NCBI GenBank assembly: GCA_945867155.1
Contig: CAMBHL010000003.1
Location: forward strand, 160,099 to 200,098
Source of the DNA: an uncultured Eubacteriaceae bacterium
Lineage (GTDB): Bacteria; Bacillota; Clostridia; Eubacteriales; Eubacteriaceae
Direction: 5' to 3'
DNA length: 40,000 nucleotides
Below, one piece after another: positions 32,325 through 40,000 of this stretch (position 1 is the first letter of the stretch; every line of letters starts with the position of its first letter). Under the pieces are notes generated by a model. It saw nothing but the letters and a program-made list of their open reading frames with translations, did not search any database and was not told the DNA's origin. Position numbers and translations under genes: made by a program.

Positions 32325-32357
32325 TAAATTCTTCCTTATTATTTTTTTTACTAATTT

Positions 32358-33419
32358 TTAAAATAAATCAAAGGATCTTTGTTGGTCTGGTTTTTTAATT
32401 CGAAAAATACGGCATAATACTCTTGACTGCAAAGACAAAACGGTTCCTGATGTAGCCCAAACAATTTTTAAAAATACAACAAAATAATTTTGAACTCTTG
32501 TTTTGAATATAGGCGTATATTTAACTACTTTCCACCACACCGGCCAGATATAGCATTGTTCAAGCGAATGAAAACACAAAAAAACCAGCGAATAGCGTCC
32601 GAAAAAATCCAACAATGCTGAAAATGGATTCCTTATATGCCGTGCACAATGTGTCGCAATATAAATAATTAAATAACTTCCAGCACAACTTCCTATTATT
32701 GTAGGAAGAAGATCAGCATAGAAAGTCCCACCCATATCAAGTGTCATAACAAAAAGTGTATTTTTCCTTGAAAGGAACCAGATAAATAATGCCAGCACTG
32801 CTTTTTGCCAATTCATTTCGTCCAGCCAATGATGCTTTTTGCACAAAAAACCAATATGAAGAAATAAAGTTGCACATAAAGCAGGTTGCAAACTGAGCGG
32901 AAAAACACCCAGATGGTGATGTGACCAAATACCAAAACAAAAGGCAGCAAGAACGAAGGAAGTGGTAAACGCTTCTTTTTGACTAAATAATAAATAAAAC
33001 AGCTCCGAAAAGAAAAGCGCGAGCAAAAACCATAGCGGTCCAACCCCCACCATTTTATTAATGTCTTGAGAATACCCCAGCATGATCCGTATGAAACTAT
33101 CTCTCAAAGACAAAGATACTGGGTAACTCCGATAATAAATCTGTTTGATGAGCATCATAAGAGCTAATAAAATAGAAGTAAACCAATAAGGAATAATTAA
33201 AGATTTAATTCTCTTTTTGATAAAATCATCAATTTTTCTCTTTTTAAAAAAATATCCACTAATCATAAAAAATAATGGCATATGGAAACTGTAAATGATT
33301 GGCTGCAGATGTTTCATTTCACCGACATGTCCAATCACAACCAGCAAAATTCCGATTCCCTTTGCAATATCTAAACGAATATCTCTTTGTTTACTCTGTC
33401 TTATTTTAGTTAATTCCAT
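32358..33419 (-). CDS. Acyltransferase-3 family membrane O-acyltransferase (intact paralogue)
   Basis: 353 aa. RLDIAKGIGILLVVIGHV...FHMPLFFMISGYF is the AT3 N-terminal signature, and the protein is multi-TM. Confidence 0.8.
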   Translation of the reverse strand: MELTKIRQSKQRDIRLDIAKGIGILLVVIGHVGEMKHLQPIIYSFHMPLFFMISGYFFKKRKIDDFIKKRIKSLIIPYWFTSILLALMMLIKQIYYRSYPVSLSLRDSFIRIMLGYSQDINKMVGVGPLWFLLALFFSELFYLLFSQKEAFTTSFVLAAFCFGIWSHHHLGVFPLSLQPALCATLFLHIGFLCKKHHWLDEMNWQKAVLALFIWFLSRKNTLFVMTLDMGGTFYADLLPTIIGSCAGSYLIIYIATHCARHIRNPFSALLDFFGRYSLVFLCFHSLEQCYIWPVWWKVVKYTPIFKTRVQNYFVVFLKIVWATSGTVLSLQSRVLCRIFRIKKPDQQRSFDLF

Positions 33420-34563
33420 TTCTTTTTAACGCCTTTTGATAAAACGCCTCTAACTGCTTAATATTAAATTTCATATCATAACCATTTTCCTGAATAGCTT
33501 CAATCGGCGTCCTACGGTCATTTTTATCTTTCATCATAGTAACTGCTGCATTTACCCAATGATCGAGATCATTTTCCTCTATGCCCAGGAATTGAACATT
33601 TCCAGAAATATCTGCCTGACGGCTGACTTGATCCGAAACCAAACACTTCAAACCCGCCGCCTGTGCCTCAATCAAAGAAACAGGCAGGCCTTCAAAATGA
33701 GAAGGCATAAAAAAGACATCCATCGCCTGCAGAAGCTGAGGCACATCGGAACGCTTGCCTAAAAACAGCACACTGTCTTCCAATTTTAACTGACGCACCA
33801 ACTCCTGCATTTTTTCAAAATATTCCCCAATGCCAATGAGCATTAATTTGGTGTTGGCATTTTTTTGGTGCAGACGTTCAAAAGCATGAATGAGAAAGAC
33901 GTGATTTTTCTGATAGTCAAACCGTCCCACATGTCCCACGACGAATTGATCTTCAAGATGATATTCAGTCCTTAGCTTTTGCCGCACCTCCGGATTATAC
34001 TGATATTTTTCAACATCGATAGCATTTTTGAAAGTAAAATATTCCGGCGTACGGCACAGCTTTTTGCCGAAGAGCCATTCTCCCGCTTCTTCAGAACACC
34101 CGATATAATGGGTCGCCACGCGACGAATCTGCTTTCTTTCTTTTTCTAAATAAAGATAATGCAATAAATCTTTAAGGCCATGAATTTCCAGCTGATGCCA
34201 GGTATTGTGGCTGTGAGCCACCCGAACCGGCACGCCGTACTTTTTGGCAATCTTTAAGACCTCAGCTCCCAAAGCATTCATATGCGTATGGACAATATCG
34301 TAATGATGAGACTTAAAAAAAACTTCCAGTGATTTTCTACTCTGAAACAATCCACTTTTAAGTGGTGTATAATAATAAATACTCGCTCCCTTTTTTCTTA
34401 AATATCTTGAAGCTTCTGTTTTATCTTCATTTTGTGTATCATGCATAAGTAAAAAATCAATATGAAACCTTTCCTGATCAATATTGTCAAAAATATTAAG
34501 CATAACACTTTCTGTCCCACCTTTTATTAATAGCTGATTAAATACAAATAATATTTTGACCAT
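33406..34563 (-). CDS. Glycosyltransferase family 4 (GT-B, GT1-like)
   Basis: 385 aa. The C-terminal EGLPVSLIEAQAAGLKCLVSD matches the E-x7-E GT4 motif. Confidence 0.85.
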   Translation of the reverse strand: MVKILFVFNQLLIKGGTESVMLNIFDNIDQERFHIDFLLMHDTQNEDKTEASRYLRKKGASIYYYTPLKSGLFQSRKSLEVFFKSHHYDIVHTHMNALGAEVLKIAKKYGVPVRVAHSHNTWHQLEIHGLKDLLHYLYLEKERKQIRRVATHYIGCSEEAGEWLFGKKLCRTPEYFTFKNAIDVEKYQYNPEVRQKLRTEYHLEDQFVVGHVGRFDYQKNHVFLIHAFERLHQKNANTKLMLIGIGEYFEKMQELVRQLKLEDSVLFLGKRSDVPQLLQAMDVFFMPSHFEGLPVSLIEAQAAGLKCLVSDQVSRQADISGNVQFLGIEENDLDHWVNAAVTMMKDKNDRRTPIEAIQENGYDMKFNIKQLEAFYQKALKRNGIN

Positions 34564-34605
34564 ATTGCTCCTTTTTCATAATTAAGAAGATGATAATTAA
34601 CAATC

Positions 34606-35514
34606 TTAGATAACCATTATTCGATCTTTTAAAGCTTTCAATAATTCTGGATCTCTCACAAAATCAAACTTTCTTGCAAATAAACATCCACTTTTCATCA
34701 ACATAGGAACATCTTCGATAGTGTAAATATAAGGATATCCCCTCGTCCAATCAATCGCACGGCAAACATCAAAATAAGTATCCTGAATATAGGGATGTTT
34801 CTCACTGCGATTAGCCACATAGCGTTTAAAACAATCTACGCTATTCAAAAAAACCGTCTGTAGAAAGATTTCATCAACACAAAATCCATCTTTAAAATAT
34901 TTTTTAATAAATGTTCTTTGAGATAAAACATATCGTGCAAAAGTATCGGTGATATCAAACCATTGGGAGCCAATTCCATATTGTATTTTGCCGTCTATGC
35001 GGCTAACACCGGCAATTTTTTGAAAAACTATGCCTAGTTTTCTCACGATTCTACCCAAAAAATTATCACGGCCCATTTTATTTTGAAAGGGATAGTAATA
35101 TTTCACCCGATTAGTAATCAAATCAGGATTGTTGTCAATACTAATGAATTCTTCTCCGGCATGTTGATCATAGAAAGACAAAATTTCGTCAATCGGTTTT
35201 AATGGAAAATCCTGGCCACTTAAAAAATGATAATATTCGTAATGACCTTTACTCGTAGCCGCTTCAATCAAAATGAGTTCAGCACAAATTAATGTGTCTC
35301 CGCCCCAAGAAGCGGAAATACGTTCAGTAAAGAACAAATTTCCTTTACTGATATAATTTTTTAAGCATAAAAATTCTTCTTCGCATTTTTTATCAATTAA
35401 CACAAAAAAATCACATCTAGGATGGTCCAATGCAAAAAGCATTTCGCCAACCTGATGCATATTTTTATGGGCTAAAATCAAAAAAGCATGCTTTTTTTCT
35501 ATTTGATCACTCAT
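34606..35514 (-). CDS. Glycosyltransferase family 14-like (core-2/I-branching beta-1,6-GlcNAc-transferase family)
   Basis: 302 aa. HAFLILAHKNMHQVGEMLFALDHPRCDFFVLIDKK and ...WGGDTLICAEL...GSQWFDIT resemble bacterial 'Branch' family enzymes. The assignment is from memory of the family pattern. Confidence 0.6.
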   Translation of the reverse strand: MSDQIEKKHAFLILAHKNMHQVGEMLFALDHPRCDFFVLIDKKCEEEFLCLKNYISKGNLFFTERISASWGGDTLICAELILIEAATSKGHYEYYHFLSGQDFPLKPIDEILSFYDQHAGEEFISIDNNPDLITNRVKYYYPFQNKMGRDNFLGRIVRKLGIVFQKIAGVSRIDGKIQYGIGSQWFDITDTFARYVLSQRTFIKKYFKDGFCVDEIFLQTVFLNSVDCFKRYVANRSEKHPYIQDTYFDVCRAIDWTRGYPYIYTIEDVPMLMKSGCLFARKFDFVRDPELLKALKDRIMVI

Positions 35515-35541
35515 AATTTATTTTTATAGAATTTTTATCCA

Positions 35542-36150
35542 TTAAAACTTAAACGTATCCTTGATCCCCATCCATTTCTGGTCTTTGTCGGACAAATTGA
35601 GAGGTGTGCCGTCGCTCAAGATGTAACCGTCTGCGCTGCAGCTACCCTGGTATTCGCCGACCACCTGGGGCCATTCGATGCCGATTTCCGGATCGTTCCA
35701 AGCCATGCCGCCTTCATCGTTGGGATGCCAGAAATCATTAACTTTGTAGCAGAATTCTGCGACATCTGACAGCACAAGGAAACCATGGGCGAAGCCTTCG
35801 GGAATCAAGAACTGCTTTTTATTTTCTTCGGTCAGTTCAACCCCATACCATTTGCCGTAAGTCTTCGAATCTGCACGCAGATCGACGGCCACGTCAAAAA
35901 CGTCGCCGCGAATGGCGCGCACCAGTTTGCACTGAGGGTAATGTTTTTGAAAATGCAGTCCCCGGAGCACGCCCTTGGTTGACATCGACTGGTTGTCCTG
36001 CACAAAGTCGATATCAAATCCGGCTTCTTTCATGTCATTCTGATTGTAAGTTTCCATAAAATAACCCCGTTCATCGCCGTGAACGGCGGGTTCTATAATG
36101 CACAGGCCTTCAATGCCGCCGACGTTTTTTTCAACTTTAATCTGTCCCAT
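35542..36150 (-). CDS. rfbC: dTDP-4-dehydrorhamnose 3,5-epimerase
   Basis: ...DERGYFMETYN...RGLHFQ...QCKLVRAIRGDVFDVAVDLR...PEGFAHGF is the RmlC signature. Confidence 0.9.
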   Translation of the reverse strand: MGQIKVEKNVGGIEGLCIIEPAVHGDERGYFMETYNQNDMKEAGFDIDFVQDNQSMSTKGVLRGLHFQKHYPQCKLVRAIRGDVFDVAVDLRADSKTYGKWYGVELTEENKKQFLIPEGFAHGFLVLSDVAEFCYKVNDFWHPNDEGGMAWNDPEIGIEWPQVVGEYQGSCSADGYILSDGTPLNLSDKDQKWMGIKDTFKF

Positions 36151-36171
36151 TTTGCGCTCCTTTTTCTATTT

Positions 36172-37128
36172 CTATTCCTGACAATCTTTTAAAATTTTAA
36201 GATAACGGCTCAAAGCGTCTGTCCAGTCCGGCAGCGGTTTAAAACCATTCGCTGCGAGTTTCAACTTGTCCAACCGGCTGTTAAAGGGCCGCTTTGCTTT
36301 AGAAAGGCCATATTCTTCCGTCGTCACTGGCGTGACTTTTGTCGTATAGCCCGTCTGACGGTAAATTTCCTTCGTGAAATCGTACCACGAAATGTAGCCG
36401 GTCTTGGTGCCAAAACCGTTGTCTTCCGCAAGTTCGCTGTTCGTCGCATGATAGGTGCCGTAGCGGTCGGTTTCAATCATGTCGACCAGCAGCCGTGCGA
36501 GATCGTACGTATAAGTCGGTGTGCCGATTTGATCGTTGACGACCCGGACTTCGTCGTGGGTTTTGCCGACTTTCAGCATAGTCTTGATGAAATTATGGCC
36601 GTTGATGCCGAACACCCAGGCAATCCGGACGATAAAATATTTTGTCAAGTATTTTCGAACCGCTTCTTCCCCGGCCAGCTTTGTCTGCCCGTAAACATTG
36701 AGGGGCTTGAAATCCTTCTGATCCGGCTGCCACGGTGTGGTGCCCTGACCATCGAACACATAGTCCGTGCTCAGATAAACCATTTTGGCACCCACATCCG
36801 CGCAGGCTTTGGCAATATTTTCAGTACCGGTGACGTTGACCGCTTCAACTTTTGCGCGGTTTTCTTCGTCTTCCGCCGCGTCCACTGCTGTCCAAGCGGC
36901 ACAGTGCACCACCACATCGGGCTGCAAATCTTGAATGACGCGGCTGACCTGGGCCGAATTCGTAATATCCAGACTGACGTAGGGCATGTTCGCCACAGGA
37001 CTGCCGTCATCCATTCCGGTATACTGCTCAGCCAAATCGGAGCTGATACCTTCATAGCCCCTCTTGGCGAGCTCGTTCATTACATCGTGGCCGAGCTGTC
37101 CTGCGACGCCTGTTACTAAAACTTTCAT
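36172..37128 (-). CDS. rfbD: dTDP-4-dehydrorhamnose reductase
   Basis: MKVLVTGVAGQLG..., VVHCAAWTAVD, YLSTDYVFDG and YGQTKLAGE are RmlD motifs. At 318 aa it is somewhat longer than typical. Confidence 0.85.
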   Translation of the reverse strand: MKVLVTGVAGQLGHDVMNELAKRGYEGISSDLAEQYTGMDDGSPVANMPYVSLDITNSAQVSRVIQDLQPDVVVHCAAWTAVDAAEDEENRAKVEAVNVTGTENIAKACADVGAKMVYLSTDYVFDGQGTTPWQPDQKDFKPLNVYGQTKLAGEEAVRKYLTKYFIVRIAWVFGINGHNFIKTMLKVGKTHDEVRVVNDQIGTPTYTYDLARLLVDMIETDRYGTYHATNSELAEDNGFGTKTGYISWYDFTKEIYRQTGYTTKVTPVTTEEYGLSKAKRPFNSRLDKLKLAANGFKPLPDWTDALSRYLKILKDCQE

Positions 37129-37139
37129 CGTTTCCTCTT

Positions 37140-38114
37140 TTATTTTCTAAATACAATTTCAAAAATATCTTTGAAATAACTTTTTTTATAATCAAATAAA
37201 TATCGGCGGTATTGATTAAAAGCAAAAATCTGAGATAATTGCCGGTGTTCTAAAAATTCAATTCTTTTCCTTAAAAAATGAGTATAGCCTTTTATATCAA
37301 GGGGATAGCTTTTTTCTTCAATTTGGTAGCGTTCCATCAGCGTGTTCATGAGCTCCAGCTGCCTGTGATATTTTTTGATATCGCTGAGATACCGCTCTTT
37401 GGTATTTTTCATGACTTCTTTTGTCTTTGCCGTACTGGAAACGGGCATACCGCCCAGTGCATTACTGGCCTGGCGATACTTCATCAAAGATTTGGGAATG
37501 GGTACAATTTCGCCGATCGTTAATGACACAAGCGCCAGCCATTCATCGTGGAAATCACCATAAAACGGCGCAGCCTTTTCATAGACTTGTTTCTTAAAGG
37601 CACAGGCACTGCCCTGCACCACATTGCTCGCATACAATCTTTTATAATCATGATTGAGAAACAGCCTATAATCAAATTCTAATGTATTCTTCCAAAAAGA
37701 AGGATACAGCGGTTTGAGATCCTGATCGACCAGCGCCGCATCGTGAAAGACCATCGCCGCTTCCGGATGCTCTTCAAAAGCATGCATCATGACTTCAATC
37801 TTCTCCCGATGCCAGACATCATCCTGATCACTTAAAAAAATGATATCGCCATGACACAGACCAATCGCTTTTTCAAAATTTTTGACAAAGCCCAAATTTT
37901 GCGCATTCCGTTCAATGTGCACCGTCCCCGGCCAATCCGCCAGGCACTTATCGGCAATACCCATTGTATCGTCTGACGATCCGTCATCGCAAATGACAAT
38001 CTCATCGGGCAGGCAGGTCTGACCCGTGATGCTGTTCAGCTGTTCTTCAAGAAAACGGCTGCCATTGTACGTACACATCGCAACCGAAATGGTTTTTTTC
38101 TTATCGGTTTCCAT
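37140..38114 (-). CDS. Glycosyltransferase family 2 (rhamnosyltransferase-like)
   Basis: ISVAMCTYNGSRFLEEQLNSITGQT...IVICDDGSSDDT...FLSDQDDVW are GT2 DxD-type motifs. Confidence 0.85.
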   Translation of the reverse strand: METDKKKTISVAMCTYNGSRFLEEQLNSITGQTCLPDEIVICDDGSSDDTMGIADKCLADWPGTVHIERNAQNLGFVKNFEKAIGLCHGDIIFLSDQDDVWHREKIEVMMHAFEEHPEAAMVFHDAALVDQDLKPLYPSFWKNTLEFDYRLFLNHDYKRLYASNVVQGSACAFKKQVYEKAAPFYGDFHDEWLALVSLTIGEIVPIPKSLMKYRQASNALGGMPVSSTAKTKEVMKNTKERYLSDIKKYHRQLELMNTLMERYQIEEKSYPLDIKGYTHFLRKRIEFLEHRQLSQIFAFNQYRRYLFDYKKSYFKDIFEIVFRK

Positions 38115-39120
38115 ACATCTGCTGATAATAATTCTGATATTCCCCGTCGATAATCGGCTGCCACCAGTCTTCGTGATTCAGGTACCAGTCGATTGTCTTT
38201 TTAATGCCATCTGCGAATTTCGTTTCCGGCAGCCATCCCAATTCACGGTGAATCTTCGCTGGATCGATAGCATAGCGCCGGTCATGGCCCTTGCGGTCGG
38301 TGACATGTTCGATCAGGCTTTCCGGTTTGCCCAGCGCTTTGCAGATGAGCTTGACGATGTCGATATTGGCCATTTCGTTGTGGCCGCCAACGTTGTAAAT
38401 TTCGCCAACTTTGCCTTTGTGGATGATGAGATCGATAGCCCGGCAGTGATCTTCGACGTAGAGCCAGTCTCTAACATTTTTGCCGTCGCCGTAAACCGGC
38501 AGTTTTTCGTCGTGAAGGGCGTTGATGATCATCAGCGGAATGAGTTTTTCCGGAAAATGATACGGCCCGTAGTTGTTAGAGCATCTGGAGATGGTCACGG
38601 GCAGACCGTAGGTTCTGTGATAAGCCAAGACGAGCAAATCGGCCGACGCTTTAGAAGCCGAGTAAGGGCTCGACGTGTGAATCGGCGTTTCTTCTGTGAA
38701 CATCAGATCCGGCCGATCGAGGGGCAGATCTCCGTACACTTCATCGGTAGAAACCTGGTGATAACGGGTAATGCCGTATTTCCGGCAGGCGTCCATCAAA
38801 ACCGACGTGCCGAGGATGTTCGTCTTTAAGAAAATCGACGGGTCTTCGATGGATCGGTCTACATGAGATTCCGCCGCGAAATTGACCACGACGTCCGGTT
38901 TTTCTTCTTCAAACAGCGCGTAAACCGTCGGACGGTCGCAGATATCCGCCTTGACAAATTTAAAATTCGGCGCATCGAGAATGTCTTTTAATGTCGACAA
39001 ATTGCCGGCATAAGTCAATTTGTCGAGACAAATGATCTGGTCTTCCGGATGGGCGGAACGCCAATGAAAAATAAAGTTGCTGCCAATAAAACCGGCCCCG
39101 CCGGTGACAATAAGTTTCAT
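38101..39120 (-). CDS. rfbB: dTDP-glucose 4,6-dehydratase
   Basis: MKLIVTGGAGFIGSNF..., FAAESHVDRS and YSASKASADLLV are RmlB motifs. Confidence 0.95.
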   Translation of the reverse strand: MKLIVTGGAGFIGSNFIFHWRSAHPEDQIICLDKLTYAGNLSTLKDILDAPNFKFVKADICDRPTVYALFEEEKPDVVVNFAAESHVDRSIEDPSIFLKTNILGTSVLMDACRKYGITRYHQVSTDEVYGDLPLDRPDLMFTEETPIHTSSPYSASKASADLLVLAYHRTYGLPVTISRCSNNYGPYHFPEKLIPLMIINALHDEKLPVYGDGKNVRDWLYVEDHCRAIDLIIHKGKVGEIYNVGGHNEMANIDIVKLICKALGKPESLIEHVTDRKGHDRRYAIDPAKIHRELGWLPETKFADGIKKTIDWYLNHEDWWQPIIDGEYQNYYQQMYGNR

Positions 39121-39129
39121 GCTTTCTCC

Positions 39130-40000
39130 TTAATATTTTATCTGTCCGTCAGCGACGCGCTTCAAGTGCGCACCGTAGGGACTCTTCCCGTATTTTTCTG
39201 CCGATTCCCGCAGCTGGGCTTCATCGATCCAATGATTGATGTAAGCAATTTCTTCTGGTGCTGAAATCGCGATGCCCTGGCGCTTTTCGATGGTGCGTAC
39301 AAAATCAGCTGCATCGACTAAGCTGTCCATGGTACCTGTATCGAGCCAGGCGTAACCACGCCCCAAAAGCTTCACGTTGAGGGCGTCCGCGTTTAAATAC
39401 ATTTCGTTGAGTGTTGTGATTTCCAGTTCTCCCCGTGCCGAAGGCTGCACTTTTTCAGCCCGCGCACTAACCCCGGACGGATAGAAGTAAAGCCCAGTTA
39501 CCGCGTAATTGGATTTCGGCTGTTCTGGTTTTTCTTCGATGGAAAGTACCTTGCCGTCTGCATCAAAATCCACGACGCCGAAACGTTCGGGATCTGAAAC
39601 GTAATAACCGAAAACCGTCGCCTTGCCCTGTTCGGCGTCTTTTACAGCAGCCCGAAGCAAAGTTCCAAAACCGTTGCCATAAAAAATATTGTCGCCGAGC
39701 ACCATGGCACAGGGTTCATCACCAATGAATTCCTTGCCTAAAATAAAGGCCTGGGCCAGTCCGTCCGGTGACGGCTGGACTTTGTAAGACAGTGTGATGC
39801 CAAATTGGCTGCCATCTCCAAGCAAAGCTTCAAAACGCGGCGTATCTTCCGGGGTTGAAATAATCAAAATATCCCGGATGCCCGCCAGCATCAATGTCGA
39901 CAGCGGGTAATAAATCATCGGTTTATCGTAAACTGGCAGTAATTGTTTGGAAGTGACCGTCGTCAGTGGATACAACCGTGTGCCGGACCCTCCTGCCAAA
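39130..40000 (-). CDS. rfbA: Glucose-1-phosphate thymidylyltransferase (5' end cut by the window edge)
   Basis: The translation begins inside the conserved N-terminus (I)[13 protein letters not shown]...[17 protein letters not shown]. The 'start' in the track is just the TTG at the window end. Confidence 0.95.
   Translation of the reverse strand, partial: LAGGSGTRLYPLTTVTSKQLLPVYDKPMIYYPLSTLMLAGIRDILIISTPEDTPRFEALLGDGSQFGITLSYKVQPSPDGLAQAFILGKEFIGDEPCAMVLGDNIFYGNGFGTLLRAAVKDAEQGKATVFGYYVSDPERFGVVDFDADGKVLSIEEKPEQPKSNYAVTGLYFYPSGVSARAEKVQPSARGELEITTLNEMYLNADALNVKLLGRGYAWLDTGTMDSLVDAADFVRTIEKRQGIAISAPEEIAYINHWIDEAQLRESAEKYGKSPYGAHLKRVADGQIKY

Noticed and set aside
1-40000. CRISPR arrays, IS elements/transposases, integrases, rRNA genes and riboswitches.
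   Set aside because: No regularly spaced direct repeats, terminal inverted repeats or recombinase-like translations were seen. All 5' leaders I examined are under ~70 nt, too short for known riboswitch classes.

Overview
This 40 kb window looks like a Gram-positive (Bacillota-type) chromosome: strong GGAGG-type RBSs, a lipobox lipoprotein and ChW cell-wall repeats. I cannot assign a species. Almost every gene is on the minus strand. There are three blocks.

(1) 1-7.15 kb is an accessory defence operon of five translationally coupled genes: an SNF2-family helicase, a DUF4391 protein, an AT-rich unknown gene with a HEPN-like C-terminus, Type III Mod, and Type III Res. Res runs off the window start and is missing from the supplied ORF track. 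The block abuts the 3' end of rlmD and ends in a pair of imperfect 20-bp direct repeats. This is the best candidate for a novel system.

(2) 7.3-27.9 kb is GC-rich core genome. It holds rlmD, a DtxR-family regulator, ygiQ, cobS, ptsH, a HAD hydrolase, a DUF1858 protein, hslO, an acyl-ACP thioesterase, gshA and a solo HicB-like protein. It continues with glf, an LbH protein, a Wzy-like polymerase, a lipoprotein, a VanZ protein, tRNA-Gly and tRNA-Leu, coaE, polA, galE and an MtnK-like kinase.

(3) 27.9-40 kb is a compositionally mosaic cell-wall polysaccharide locus. It holds a frameshifted acyltransferase, a large secreted ricin-lectin/ChW/GH25 muramidase and gtrA. It also carries a second acyltransferase, GT4, GT14 and GT2 glycosyltransferases, and rmlA, B, D and C.

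I saw no CRISPR array, transposase, integrase or rRNA. Product calls rest on motifs I recognise in the translations. No database search was possible.
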